A stretch of DNA of 64,000 nt from an uncultured Bacteroidota bacterium (GTDB lineage: Bacteria > Bacteroidota > Rhodothermia > Balneolales > HLUCCA01): positions 18,260 through 82,259 of the forward strand of contig CAMTWZ010000007.1 of assembly GCA_947085565.1 (NCBI GenBank), given 5' to 3'. Positions within the stretch are counted from its first letter, which is position 1, and each line of letters begins with the position of its first letter. Shown in pieces: positions 32,298-41,615 of this stretch. A program made the translations under genes and the position numbers. Under the pieces are notes generated by a model. It was given only the letters and a program-made list of their open reading frames with translations, did no database searches and had not been told where the DNA came from.

Positions 32298-33284
32298 TTA
32301 ACCGACGGCCGCGACAATCTTGTCGTTCACATGGTGGTTTACCATGCTCGCCGCCTTGAAAATCATGTTTTTGATGGCCAAGGAGGTGCTTCCTCCATGC
32401 CCTACGAAACTGACACCATTGACGCCCAAGAACGGGACGCCACCCACGGATTGATAATCGAAGGGTGCGAAAGCTTGTTTGAGCACACCCAAGATCGGCT
32501 TGACCTGCTCAGGAGTGAGACCTTGCTTGGCAATCGCCACACCTACCAGATGTTGGATGGCTTCTGGAATGGATTCGCCGAATTTGAGAATGAGATTGCC
32601 TACGAGTCCGTCGCACACAAACACATCCGCTTGAGCGGAGAGGATGTCGCGACCTTCCACGTTCCCGACGAAGCGAGGATGCGACTTGAGCATCTCATGC
32701 GCCTTGCGAAGGGTTTCCGTGCCTTTCTCCTCTTCCTCACCCACATTGAGCAGACCGATTTTCGGCAGTTCGATGCCCATTTCGGTCTTCGCGTACACCT
32801 CGCCCATCAGAGCGAACTGATAGAGCATTTCGGGTTTCACTTCCAGATTGGCTCCCACATCCACCATGATGCGGAATCCCTTCACAGTAGGATAGACGGA
32901 GGAAATCGTAGGACGAAGCACGCCAGGTAGGCGACCGAGGATCACCGCGGACGCGGCGAGCAGAACTCCGGTATGTCCGGCGCTCACGAACGCATCCACA
33001 TGCTTCTGGGCATGCATGCCCAAACCGACCACGATCGATGAATTCGGCTTGGTTTTGATCGATTGAACGGAATCTTCCATTCCGATCACTTCGGGAGCAT
33101 CCACGATGCTGATACGGTCGCCGGAATATCCGGTCGACACCAAAGCCTCTTCGACGATGGCCTTGGGGCCAACAAGCACGATGTGCAGGTCGGCACGCTC
33201 CCTGACGGCGTCTACTGCGCCCTGAACAGGATTTTGCGGGTAATGGTCGCCTCCGGCGGCATCGACAGCGATCTTCAGGGACAT
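32298..33284 (-). CDS. plsX: Phosphate acyltransferase PlsX
   Basis: 328 aa. KIAVDAAGGD at the N-terminus, the family pattern, and the position between rpmF and fabH all support the call. Confidence 0.9.
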   Translation of the reverse strand: MSLKIAVDAAGGDHYPQNPVQGAVDAVRERADLHIVLVGPKAIVEEALVSTGYSGDRISIVDAPEVIGMEDSVQSIKTKPNSSIVVGLGMHAQKHVDAFVSAGHTGVLLAASAVILGRLPGVLRPTISSVYPTVKGFRIMVDVGANLEVKPEMLYQFALMGEVYAKTEMGIELPKIGLLNVGEEEEKGTETLRKAHEMLKSHPRFVGNVEGRDILSAQADVFVCDGLVGNLILKFGESIPEAIQHLVGVAIAKQGLTPEQVKPILGVLKQAFAPFDYQSVGGVPFLGVNGVSFVGHGGSTSLAIKNMIFKAASMVNHHVNDKIVAAVG

Positions 33285-33302
33285 GACTGTATGGATTATG
33301 GG

Positions 33303-33485
33303 TTAGGCTTTGGCCACGTCAAGCACTTGACGGCCACGGTAATGACCGCAGGAAGGGCAAGCGTGATGGAATTGATGCGTAGCGCCGCAATTCGTGCAAG
33401 TCGCCAATTCCACTTCAGCAAGTTTGTGGTGGGCACGGCGGGTTGCGGTGCGTTGTTTGGAATGGCGGCGTTTTGGATTTGGCAT
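33303..33485 (-). CDS. rpmF: 50S ribosomal protein L32
   Basis: Trimmed to MPNPKRRHSKQRTATRRAHHKL at 33485. Zinc-ribbon pattern: CxxC…CPSCG. Confidence 0.9.
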   Translation of the reverse strand: MPNPKRRHSKQRTATRRAHHKLAEVELATCTNCGATHQFHHACPSCGHYRGRQVLDVAKA

Positions 33486-33493
33486 GAGTGGTC

Positions 33494-33994
33494 TTAATTC
33501 TTCTGTTGTGTTGATGTCAGCGATGTCAGCGCGGCCCAACGCGGGTCGGGTTGTGTTTCCTCAGCCACGGGTGACTCGAAAGGAATCTCTTCTCCGTCTT
33601 CATCCAAAAACCGCGGGTGCAGTTTCCGTATTGGAATCGTGAGAAGCAAGGTGTCGCGAACATCATGGGTGATGTCGATTTGGTTCGAAGGCATGTTCAG
33701 ACGGCGTACGGCCACCTGATCGTCTTCCGTCTCTTCCTCCAATTCAGGTTTGAAAATCACAGTGTATTCGGCAGTCACCGGATAGTCGAACGTCTCCAAA
33801 GAGCGGTCGCAGACCAGATGCAATTCCCCTTCCACTGTCAGTCGGGCTTCTATCATGTTCCTGGAGCGGATGAACTCCACATGGACATCGAACAGATCCC
33901 CGCTGCCAACTCCCAACATCAGTTCTTCCGCCTTGACAGTGACGTCTTGAACGGATTCCCCCTCGTCGATTTCGTTGATTTTGAACTTCAGCAT
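33494..33994 (-). CDS. yceD: DUF177 (YceD-family) protein
   Basis: 166 aa and acidic. The pattern …VEGELHLVCDRSLE… and the conserved position directly upstream of rpmF support the call. Confidence 0.8.
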   Translation of the reverse strand: MLKFKINEIDEGESVQDVTVKAEELMLGVGSGDLFDVHVEFIRSRNMIEARLTVEGELHLVCDRSLETFDYPVTAEYTVIFKPELEEETEDDQVAVRRLNMPSNQIDITHDVRDTLLLTIPIRKLHPRFLDEDGEEIPFESPVAEETQPDPRWAALTSLTSTQQKN

Positions 33995-34047
33995 TGAACG
34001 GATGTTAAGCCGGTAAAATTAGCGCAAAATCCGGACTCTATCAAGCC

Positions 34048-34674
34048 TCAGGAAAAGAGTCCGAACAGTCTCTGATCGATCAGCGAAATCACCTGCCCGA
34101 GATGTTCCTTGTTGTTCACGAAATCCAAATTATCGGTTTCGATGATCAGCTTCTCGTAAGGATATCGGTCGATCCAGCTCTCATACAAGGAATTCAGACT
34201 CTCCAGGTAATCGATCCGGATGGTGTTCTCATAGGCCCTTCCCCGCTGCTGTATCTGCTTGACCAAGGTCGGCACATCCGCACGCAGGTAGATCAGCAGA
34301 TCCGGCGGACGCAGATAATCGCTCATCTCCTTGAACAGCGATTGGTAATTGGCGAAATCCCGCTCACTCATCAATCCCATTTCATAGAGGTTTTTGGCGA
34401 AGATCTCGACATCCTCGTAAATCGTACGGTCTTGGATGAAGTTCTGATCCACTCCGAGCATCCGCTTCATCGAACGGAACCGCGACGACAGGAAATAGAT
34501 CTGCAGATTGAAACTCCATCTGCGCATATCCTCATAGAAATCAGCCAGGTAGGGATTGTCGTCGACCGACTCGTAATACGCTTCCCATTTGAAATGCTTG
34601 GACAGTAATCCGGTGAGGGATGATTTTCCGGCGCCGATGTTTCCGGCGAGCGCGATATATCGAAGATCCTGCAT
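34048..34674 (-). CDS. Deoxynucleoside kinase (dAK/dGK/dCK family)
   Basis: 208 aa. P-loop IALAGNIGAGKSSL, DRTIYED and an LID-region RGR… pattern. 1-nt overlap (TGATG) with the pgi stop. Confidence 0.85.
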   Translation of the reverse strand: MQDLRYIALAGNIGAGKSSLTGLLSKHFKWEAYYESVDDNPYLADFYEDMRRWSFNLQIYFLSSRFRSMKRMLGVDQNFIQDRTIYEDVEIFAKNLYEMGLMSERDFANYQSLFKEMSDYLRPPDLLIYLRADVPTLVKQIQQRGRAYENTIRIDYLESLNSLYESWIDRYPYEKLIIETDNLDFVNNKEHLGQVISLIDQRLFGLFS

Positions 34675-35948
34675 CAGGGTTTTCCTAAAAGTCGGAACAT
34701 GGCTTTCTTGTAGGCTTCCACTCCGGGCTGGTCAAAGGGATTCACGCCCAAGGCATACCCATAGACTCCGGTGGCCAATTCGAACATGTAGATTAGTGAG
34801 CCAAGGGTGTTGGCGTTCAGACGGTCCAGGCGGATGCCGATCACGGGAACCCCGCCCTCGATATGCGCCTGCCGTGTGCCTTCATACGCCTTGGAATTGA
34901 CCTCATGCATGGTTTTTCCGGAAAGATAATTCAATCCGTCAAAGTCCACCGATTCCGATTTGAGAACCAGGTCGCTGACAGGCTCATCCACCACCAGAAA
35001 CGTCTCTATGATGTTCCGAACGCCGTCTTGGACCATCTGTCCGAGGCTGTGCAAGTCGGAGGAATACCCGTGAACGGCTGGATAAAGCCCTTTATGCTCT
35101 TTTCCTTCGCTTTCTCCGAACAATTGCTGCATCCATCCACCAAAAGCCTTGAGCTCGGGTTCGAACGAAGCGATCACATCCACACGGTAACCGGCCTCAT
35201 AGAGCGCGAGGCGGGCCGTCGCATACTCGAACACATCCCCTTTTCCGCCATCGGTATCGCGAAACGCCTGAACGGCGCCGTAAAACAGCTCGCGGATGTC
35301 GATTCCCGCCACCGCGATGGGCAGCAACCCGACGGGCGTGAGAACGGAAAAGCGTCCGCCGACATCGTCGGGAAGCACGAACTTGCGATATCCGTTCGCT
35401 TCGATCACATTGTTGAGCGCGCCGCCTTTTTCAGACGTGGTGCAGATGATGCGGCTTGCCGCCACTTTCTCGCCATAGGCTTGATTCATCCACTGACGCA
35501 GCACGCGGAAAGCCAACGCGGTTTCGGTGGTGGTGCCCGATTTGGAGATCACGTTCATCCAAACGCGCTTTCCTTCCAAATGGACGAGCAGCTCTTTGAG
35601 ATATCGGGCACTCATCTGGTGACCCGCATACACAATTTCAGGTCCGTTGGAGCCGAAAAACGGTCCCAAAGCCTCGATAACCGCCCGGGCGCCGAGATAG
35701 GAGCCGCCGATGCCGCAGACGATGAACACATCCGCTTCATTGCGGATGGTGGCCGCCAGGGTATCGAGCTCGTTAAGCAGGGCGTCGTCGGGCGAGGCGA
35801 GAATCCGGCGCCAGCCGAGCCATTCCGGACCTTTTCCTGTACCTGTCTTTAGTTCGTTGAACGCGTGATCGATGCGTACGCGTGTCGATTCAAACGATTG
35901 TGCGGGGAGAAACGCCCGTGCCGCACTCACATCCGTGTGAATAGCCAT
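34674..35948 (-). CDS. pgi: Glucose-6-phosphate isomerase (short, ~424-aa type)
   Basis: Track ORF 34674..36173 trimmed to MAIHTDVSAARAF at 35948. The upstream 75 codons overlap pfkA out of frame. Motifs: GIGGSYLG, SKSGTTTE, DVGGRFSVL. Confidence 0.9.
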   Translation of the reverse strand: MAIHTDVSAARAFLPAQSFESTRVRIDHAFNELKTGTGKGPEWLGWRRILASPDDALLNELDTLAATIRNEADVFIVCGIGGSYLGARAVIEALGPFFGSNGPEIVYAGHQMSARYLKELLVHLEGKRVWMNVISKSGTTTETALAFRVLRQWMNQAYGEKVAASRIICTTSEKGGALNNVIEANGYRKFVLPDDVGGRFSVLTPVGLLPIAVAGIDIRELFYGAVQAFRDTDGGKGDVFEYATARLALYEAGYRVDVIASFEPELKAFGGWMQQLFGESEGKEHKGLYPAVHGYSSDLHSLGQMVQDGVRNIIETFLVVDEPVSDLVLKSESVDFDGLNYLSGKTMHEVNSKAYEGTRQAHIEGGVPVIGIRLDRLNANTLGSLIYMFELATGVYGYALGVNPFDQPGVEAYKKAMFRLLGKP

Positions 35949-36925
35949 CAGCTTAAGATTTTTGCGAGCTCGAGAAGCTCGTAATTGATACTTTTTTTCT
36001 TGGACCAGACGGTGTTGATCGGCGAGATGCGCATCTTGTTGTCGATCACGCCGACCATGACGTTGGTGTGTCCGTCGAGCAGCGCCTGAACGGCGGCGGC
36101 ACCTAGGCGGCTGGCCAAGACTCTGTCGCGCGCGGTGGGCTGTCCGCCGCGCTGGATATGTCCCAAAATGCACACACGCATCTCGTATTTGCCGAAATCC
36201 TCTTTTAGCTGCTCGCCAAGTTTGTACGCGCCACCGGTTTCGTCACCCTCGGCGACCACCACCAGGCTGCTTCGACGCTGCGCGCGGAACACTTCCGTGA
36301 GCGAGGCCTTGATGTCTGCGATCTCGGTGAGGGCTTCCGGCAGAAGAATGAGCTCCGCTCCGCCTGCGATTCCGGTTTCCAGGGCGATGAAGCCCGCTTC
36401 GCGGCCCATCACTTCCACCAGGAACAGACGCTCATGGGCGTCGGCCGTGTCGCGGATCTTGTCGATGGCTTCCATCGCCGTGTTCAATGCTGTGTCGTAG
36501 CCGATGGTCTCATCCGTACCCGACAAATCATTGTCGATGGTGCCCGGAATTCCGATCACCAGCACGCCGTGCTCTTCGTTGAGCTTGGTGGCGCCTTGGA
36601 AAGTTCCGTCGCCGCCGATGCCGATCACCGCGTCGATGCCGTAGGCTTTGATGTTGGCCGCGGCCAAGGCCCGTCCTTCCACTGTGCGGAAATCATCGGA
36701 ACGGGCGGATTTGAGAATCGTACCGCCTTGTTGAATGATGTTGGAGACCGAAGTGCTGTCCATGTCCACGAAATCTCCGCGGATCATGCCTTGGTATCCG
36801 TAACGGATACCCACCACCTGCAAATCGTTGTATCGTGCGGTCCGGACAACGGCTCTCACAGCCGCATTCATGCCCGGAGAATCCCCTCCGCTGGTAAACA
36901 CCCCTATTTTTTTGATCGATTTCAC
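35948..36925 (-). CDS. pfkA: ATP-dependent 6-phosphofructokinase
   Basis: Only the C-terminal 325 codons of track ORF 35948..37840 are real. The GTG start at 36925 gives VKSIKKIGVFTSGGDSPGMNAA. Motifs: GGDGT, PGTIDND, MGR. The upstream 305 codons are antisense to ispB. Confidence 0.9.
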   Translation of the reverse strand: MKSIKKIGVFTSGGDSPGMNAAVRAVVRTARYNDLQVVGIRYGYQGMIRGDFVDMDSTSVSNIIQQGGTILKSARSDDFRTVEGRALAAANIKAYGIDAVIGIGGDGTFQGATKLNEEHGVLVIGIPGTIDNDLSGTDETIGYDTALNTAMEAIDKIRDTADAHERLFLVEVMGREAGFIALETGIAGGAELILLPEALTEIADIKASLTEVFRAQRRSSLVVVAEGDETGGAYKLGEQLKEDFGKYEMRVCILGHIQRGGQPTARDRVLASRLGAAAVQALLDGHTNVMVGVIDNKMRISPINTVWSKKKSINYELLELAKILS

Positions 36926-36994
36926 GTTGTGATGCCTTATGTTTTGAATAGCGCCGTAATTTGCACAGAATTCCGATAAAATACCCGCCTCGAC

Positions 36995-37975
36995 GTGACC
37001 CAATCCGTAACTCTCGACGAAATTCAGCACCCGATCTCCGGACACCTCTCCTCTTTCCGCACCTATTTCCGTGAAGCGACGAGTTCCGATGTCTTCCTCT
37101 TGGACCAGATGCTGCGTTATCTGCTGCGGACCAAGGGAAAAGAGCTGCGTCCTTCCCTCGTTTTCCATTGCGCGCGGCTCTGCGGACAGATCACCGAGCG
37201 CAGTTATGTGGCCGCCACCATGATCGAACTTCTTCATACGGCCACTCTGATCCACGACGATGTGGTGGATGAGGCCGATGAACGCCGCGGGTTCCTCAGC
37301 ATCAGCGCCATCTGGAAAAACAAGGCCGCGGTGCTGTTGGGAGATTTCCTCTTGTCGAAAGGCTTGCTCGTGGCCCTCGACCGCGACGAATTCTCCTTGC
37401 TCAAAGTGCTCTCCGTTGCCGTCAAACGCATGAGCGAGGGTGAATTGCGCCAACTGAAAGCCTCCAAGCTTCAGAACATGAACGAAGAGCGCTATTTCAA
37501 GGTGATTTCCGGCAAGACCGCATCCCTCATCTCCGCCTGCTGCGAATGCGGGGCGATCAGCGCCAGCGAAGATCCCGATGTCTGGAGACGGATGCGCGAA
37601 TTCGGCGAAGCCTTGGGCATCGCGTTCCAAATCCGAGACGATCTGTTCGATTACGAAACCAACGACACCGGAAAAACCGTCGGAGCCGACATCCTCGAAG
37701 GAAAAATGACCCTTCCCATGATCTACGCTCTTCAGAACGCGTCGCTCATGCAACGGGTGCGCATCCGAAGAGTGTTCGCCAACGAGAAGAAAACCCCCGA
37801 ACAGGTGAGGCAAGTCATCGAGTTCGTTCACTCCAACCAAGGTGTGGAACGTACCCGCGCCCGGATGATGAGCATCTCCGAAGAAGCCAGAACCTTGTTG
37901 AACACCTTTCCTGAGGGTGAGTCACGCGACACTCTCGATCAGTTTCTGAATTTTGTCGTCAACCGCACCAAATAA
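36995..37975 (+). CDS. ispB: Polyprenyl diphosphate synthase (octaprenyl/heptaprenyl type)
   Basis: 326 aa. First and second Asp-rich motifs: LIHDDVVDEADERRG and FQIRDDLFDY. Confidence 0.85.
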   Translation: MTQSVTLDEIQHPISGHLSSFRTYFREATSSDVFLLDQMLRYLLRTKGKELRPSLVFHCARLCGQITERSYVAATMIELLHTATLIHDDVVDEADERRGFLSISAIWKNKAAVLLGDFLLSKGLLVALDRDEFSLLKVLSVAVKRMSEGELRQLKASKLQNMNEERYFKVISGKTASLISACCECGAISASEDPDVWRRMREFGEALGIAFQIRDDLFDYETNDTGKTVGADILEGKMTLPMIYALQNASLMQRVRIRRVFANEKKTPEQVRQVIEFVHSNQGVERTRARMMSISEEARTLLNTFPEGESRDTLDQFLNFVVNRTK

Positions 37976-38726
37976 GACGGTTTTCCTAGCGGATATCCAT
38001 CTCGGCGGGTTCGATGATGCGACCAATGCCCAGATCGAGTCGGATGCGGTCTCGCTCGTGAACTGGTGCGACCGCCACAGCTACAAACTGTTCCTGCTGG
38101 GCGATGTTTTCGATCATTGGATGGAATATCCGGGCAGAACTCCCGATTTCGGGCACGGCTTCCGCTCCGCGATCAGGCGGTATTCCGAGCGCCACGGACC
38201 CGTGCTCCACATCACCGGTAACCACGACAACTGGACGCTGGGAGGGTTGGCGCACGAAGGCTTCGATCAGATTTCGGAATCGGCGCGATTCGACATCCAC
38301 GGCAGGTCGGTCTTTCTGCTTCATGGCGACGGACTCGCCGATCCTTCCCTCCTGTTTCCTCGTCCCTTGTACCATCGTGTGCTCAGGCATCCTTTGTTTG
38401 TGCGGATGTATCGCTTCCTGCTTCCGATGCCTTTGGCCTTGGACATCATGAAAGGGTTTTCCAGGTGGCAACGCCGCCGGCATCCCGAACACAACGACAC
38501 CGAAACCCTGGACCGATGGGTGCTTTCCGCGCTGGATCGTGGACTTTCGGAAGTGATCATCGCCGGGCATCACCATCAAGTCAGACATATGAAAATCGGG
38601 AACCGTGAGTATCTTAACACAGGTGCGTTTTTTCGCACCCGCACCATAGTCACACATACCGACGAGGGTTTCCGAGTCGTTGTCTGGGATAGCCGTAACC
38701 AGAGTTTGAACGCCGCAACAGAATGA
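37953..38726 (+). CDS. lpxH: UDP-2,3-diacylglucosamine diphosphatase-like calcineurin-type metallophosphoesterase
   Basis: 257 aa. Motifs: FLADIHLG, LGDVFDHW, GNHD, HGD and GHHH. Overall collinear with LpxH. TTG start at 37953, with no in-frame ATG nearby. Confidence 0.7.
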   Translation: MSSTAPNKTVFLADIHLGGFDDATNAQIESDAVSLVNWCDRHSYKLFLLGDVFDHWMEYPGRTPDFGHGFRSAIRRYSERHGPVLHITGNHDNWTLGGLAHEGFDQISESARFDIHGRSVFLLHGDGLADPSLLFPRPLYHRVLRHPLFVRMYRFLLPMPLALDIMKGFSRWQRRRHPEHNDTETLDRWVLSALDRGLSEVIIAGHHHQVRHMKIGNREYLNTGAFFRTRTIVTHTDEGFRVVVWDSRNQSLNAATE

Positions 38727-40984
38727 TTGACGAAGAAAGATTTCTGAACGATCCCGCTTACCGACACGAAATCATGTCGAAACGCAAATCCGCGCCTAGC
38801 GCGCCACCCAAGAAAAACGACCCCTTCTGGCCACTCATGAAAAAAGGCGGATTGATTCTTTTCGGACTTCTGTTGTTGTTCTTCATCTATCTGCTGTTGG
38901 GATTGCCGAGTTTCGAGGAATTGGAGAATCCGCGAACCGACAACGCCTCGTTGGTGATCGCGCGTGACGGAGTGACGCTGGACCGGTTCTTCACCGAAAA
39001 CCGCACCATGGTCAAATTCGATGAGATTTCGCCGGATGTGATCAACGCGTTGGTTTCCACCGAAGACCATCGGTTCTACGACCATTGGGGGATCGATCTG
39101 ATCCGGACGCTCGCCGTTCCCTTCCATATCATGATGGGAAACATGCAGGGAGGATCCACCATCAGTCAGCAGTTGGCGCGGAACCTGTACCGGAAAATCG
39201 GAAAAGAAGTCTCCATCATCCGGAAGCTTCGGGAAATGCTCACCGCCATCCAGTTGGAAAGGAGTTACACCAAGCAGGAGATCATCGAAATGTACCTGAA
39301 CACGGTGGAGTTCAGCAACTCGGCGTTCGGGATCGAATCGGCGGCGAGAACGCACTACAACAAGCCCGCATCCAAACTCAACGTGAACGAAGCGGCGACG
39401 ATGATCGGATCGCTGAACGCTATTTCGGCGTTCAATCCGCGTACCCGGGTGGAAGCCTCCACCCGCCGACGCAACATCGTTCTGTCGCGCATGCACACCC
39501 AGGGCCACCTCACCCAAGAAGAATACGAGGCCGAGATCGCCAAGCCGATCACCTTGAATTACCAACCACCGAGCACCGCAAGTCGGAAAGTGCGCTATTT
39601 CGGTGAGTTTGTGCGGGGCAAGGTTCAACGCTGGGTCGAAGCGAACGGATATGACCTTTTTCGCGACGGACTCAAAATCTATACCACCGTCGATTCACGG
39701 ATGCAGCGGGTTGCCGAAGCCGCAGTTCAATCGCAGTTGGATACCTTGCAGCGTTCTTTTCAGAGGGAATGGACCACCCGGGGCGGCGCATATATGGACA
39801 GATTGTGGCGCCAGTATCCCGGATTCCTCGACAGCTTCATCAAAGAATCGGAAGAGTACAAATCTGCTGTGGCGGCGGGTTCCAGTCGCGAATTCGTCTT
39901 GGATTCGCTGAAGCGGGTCCCCACATTTGTGGATGCCGTGAAACGCAACCGCACGCGCCTGGAAGCCAGTTTCCTAGCGATCGATCCAAGCAACGGACAT
40001 ATCCTGGCCTATGTGGGCGGATCCAATTACAGCCGTTATCAGTTCGACCAGGTGTCGATGTCTCGCCGCCAAGCGGGTTCCACCATCAAGCCGTTCGTGT
40101 ACACCGTGGCCATCGACAACGGTTACAAACCCGAGTACATGATCTCCAGATACCCGATCAGCTTCGTGGACCGTGGGGGCAAGGTCTGGGCACCGCGCGA
40201 CGCTTCGGCCAGCTCCGGACCCGAGATGATCTCCTTGCGCGAAGCCTTGGCGCGAAGCAACAACAACGTGACCGTGCGCCTTCTACCGATTCTGGCCGGA
40301 ACCCCCGGAACCAAGCGCTTGGAAGATCTCCAGCCCGCGGCGCGAAAGATCGCCGGCATGGCCAAGAATATGGGGATCCATTCTCCCATGCAAGTGGTTC
40401 CGGCACTGGCTCTCGGAACGGCCGAAGTGAGTTTGATGGAGCTGACCAGCGCCTATGCCACCTTTGCCAACCAGGGCGTTCACATCGAACCGATTGCCGT
40501 CACCCGCATCGAAGACCGGAACGGAAACTTGCTGGTCGAATTCTACCCCGAATCGCGTGAGGAAGTGATCTCACCGGAAACGGCGTACACCATGATCGAC
40601 ATGATGCGTGGCGCAATCCGTGGCGGCAGCTGGGGTTGGGGCACCGGTGCGAGATTGCGCGGAATGGGAGTCTATCAGGATGTGGCCGGCAAGACCGGTA
40701 CCACGAACAACTCGGCCGACAACTGGTTCATGGCCGTGATGCCCCACATTGCGATGGGCGCATGGGTAGGTGGCGAAGATCGCAGAATCCGTTTCCCGAG
40801 CGACACCTACATCGGTCAAGGCGCGAGAGCCGCTCTGCCTATTGTCGGTAAATTCATCATGGGATGCATCAACACTGAAGACTGTCCTTGGAGTTATCAA
40901 GGCTTCGAGCCACCTGTAGGGTATTCCCTCGATGCGGAAGAAGCCGAAACAGTGTCTCCGCGGCGCGGGCGTACGGGCTGGTAG
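38723..40984 (+). CDS. mrcA: Class A penicillin-binding protein 1A (glycosyltransferase GT51 + transpeptidase)
   Basis: 753 aa with an N-terminal TM. GT51 motifs are STEDHRFYDHWG and GGSTISQQ. Transpeptidase motifs are SxxK (GSTIKP), SNN and KTGTT. Confidence 0.9.
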   Translation: MIDEERFLNDPAYRHEIMSKRKSAPSAPPKKNDPFWPLMKKGGLILFGLLLLFFIYLLLGLPSFEELENPRTDNASLVIARDGVTLDRFFTENRTMVKFDEISPDVINALVSTEDHRFYDHWGIDLIRTLAVPFHIMMGNMQGGSTISQQLARNLYRKIGKEVSIIRKLREMLTAIQLERSYTKQEIIEMYLNTVEFSNSAFGIESAARTHYNKPASKLNVNEAATMIGSLNAISAFNPRTRVEASTRRRNIVLSRMHTQGHLTQEEYEAEIAKPITLNYQPPSTASRKVRYFGEFVRGKVQRWVEANGYDLFRDGLKIYTTVDSRMQRVAEAAVQSQLDTLQRSFQREWTTRGGAYMDRLWRQYPGFLDSFIKESEEYKSAVAAGSSREFVLDSLKRVPTFVDAVKRNRTRLEASFLAIDPSNGHILAYVGGSNYSRYQFDQVSMSRRQAGSTIKPFVYTVAIDNGYKPEYMISRYPISFVDRGGKVWAPRDASASSGPEMISLREALARSNNNVTVRLLPILAGTPGTKRLEDLQPAARKIAGMAKNMGIHSPMQVVPALALGTAEVSLMELTSAYATFANQGVHIEPIAVTRIEDRNGNLLVEFYPESREEVISPETAYTMIDMMRGAIRGGSWGWGTGARLRGMGVYQDVAGKTGTTNNSADNWFMAVMPHIAMGAWVGGEDRRIRFPSDTYIGQGARAALPIVGKFIMGCINTEDCPWSYQGFEPPVGYSLDAEEAETVSPRRGRTGW

Positions 40985-40990
40985 GATTTA

Positions 40991-41018
40991 GATGCTTGAT
41001 GCTGGATGCTGGGTGCTG
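40991..41018. repeat. Heptanucleotide tandem repeat (gatgctg)x4, end copies variant
   Basis: Units are gatgctt (40991-40997), gatgctg (40998-41004), gatgctg (41005-41011) and ggtgctg (41012-41018). The array starts 7 nt after the mrcA stop, at the left border of the AT-rich islet. Confidence 0.85.
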
Positions 41019-41306
41019 GGAAATTAATTGAAAAATAACCCAGTAGATCCGTCCAGAATAATTCATTGCTAGAATTGTACGCTTTCCGGCCATAGACCGA
41101 GCCGTCGGGGCGGCGCAAGGACGATATTTTCAAGTCACATAGTCCTATCTGTTTCAATTACTTTACCAATGAGTTCAGCGAACATTATTCGCTTGTATCG
41201 CGCTTTACAATTCTCAGAAGCGTCAGTTGCCATGGCCCGACCATTTTAATCACCGACCCGCCTTTTTTACCCTTTTGGGCAAGACACACTTTTTGATAGA
41301 ACTATC

Positions 41307-41606
41307 TCACTTTGGAATCAGGTTCCTGAGCCATATATACAGGCCATAACAGGCCAATGGAATATTGGTCTTCACTCCAGCGATAAAGGCAATGTCATCG
41401 GGAATATCATACCAGTAAACCAGTTGGTAGTTGGTCAAGAGCAAGGTCGCAAATAACACCCCAGAGGTAATGCCTAATGCCCGAGTCATCCAAACCCCTG
41501 CTCGGTGACCTAAAACGTGCCGAATCAGTAGAACTATCAGGATGATCGGCCAGCCAATCAAACAAAACTGATTCACGAGGACATGGAATGTGTAATAATA
41601 ACCCAT
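41307..41606 (-). CDS. Small integral-membrane protein; candidate immunity protein for the upstream RHS-tip toxin
   Basis: 99 aa with about 3 predicted TM helices (LIGWPIILIVLLI, ALGITSGVLFATLLL, IPLACYGLYIWL). It starts 9 nt after the toxin stop, on the same strand, and shares the AT-rich composition. The function is inferred from position only. Confidence 0.45.
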   Translation of the reverse strand: MGYYYTFHVLVNQFCLIGWPIILIVLLIRHVLGHRAGVWMTRALGITSGVLFATLLLTNYQLVYWYDIPDDIAFIAGVKTNIPLACYGLYIWLRNLIPK

Positions 41607-41615
41607 ATGTGCTAA

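Noticed and set aside
36926-37840. N-terminal 305 codons of the 630-aa track ORF 35948..37840(-)
   Set aside because: This part is antisense to ispB, which carries both DDxxD motifs. The real pfkA begins at GTG 36925 (VKSIKKIGVFTSGGDSPGMN). The upstream translation has no recognisable features.
38576-39628. 350-aa minus-strand ORF across the lpxH/mrcA junction
   Set aside because: It is antisense to two well-supported genes and its composition is Arg/Val/His-rich. The same reasoning applies to these track ORFs: 9385..10260(-), 34863..35852(+), 43743..44618(+), 45323..46441(-), 49028..49909(-), 52595..53563(-), 56189..56947(-), 59005..59955(+), 12956..13525(-) and 37986..38657(-).
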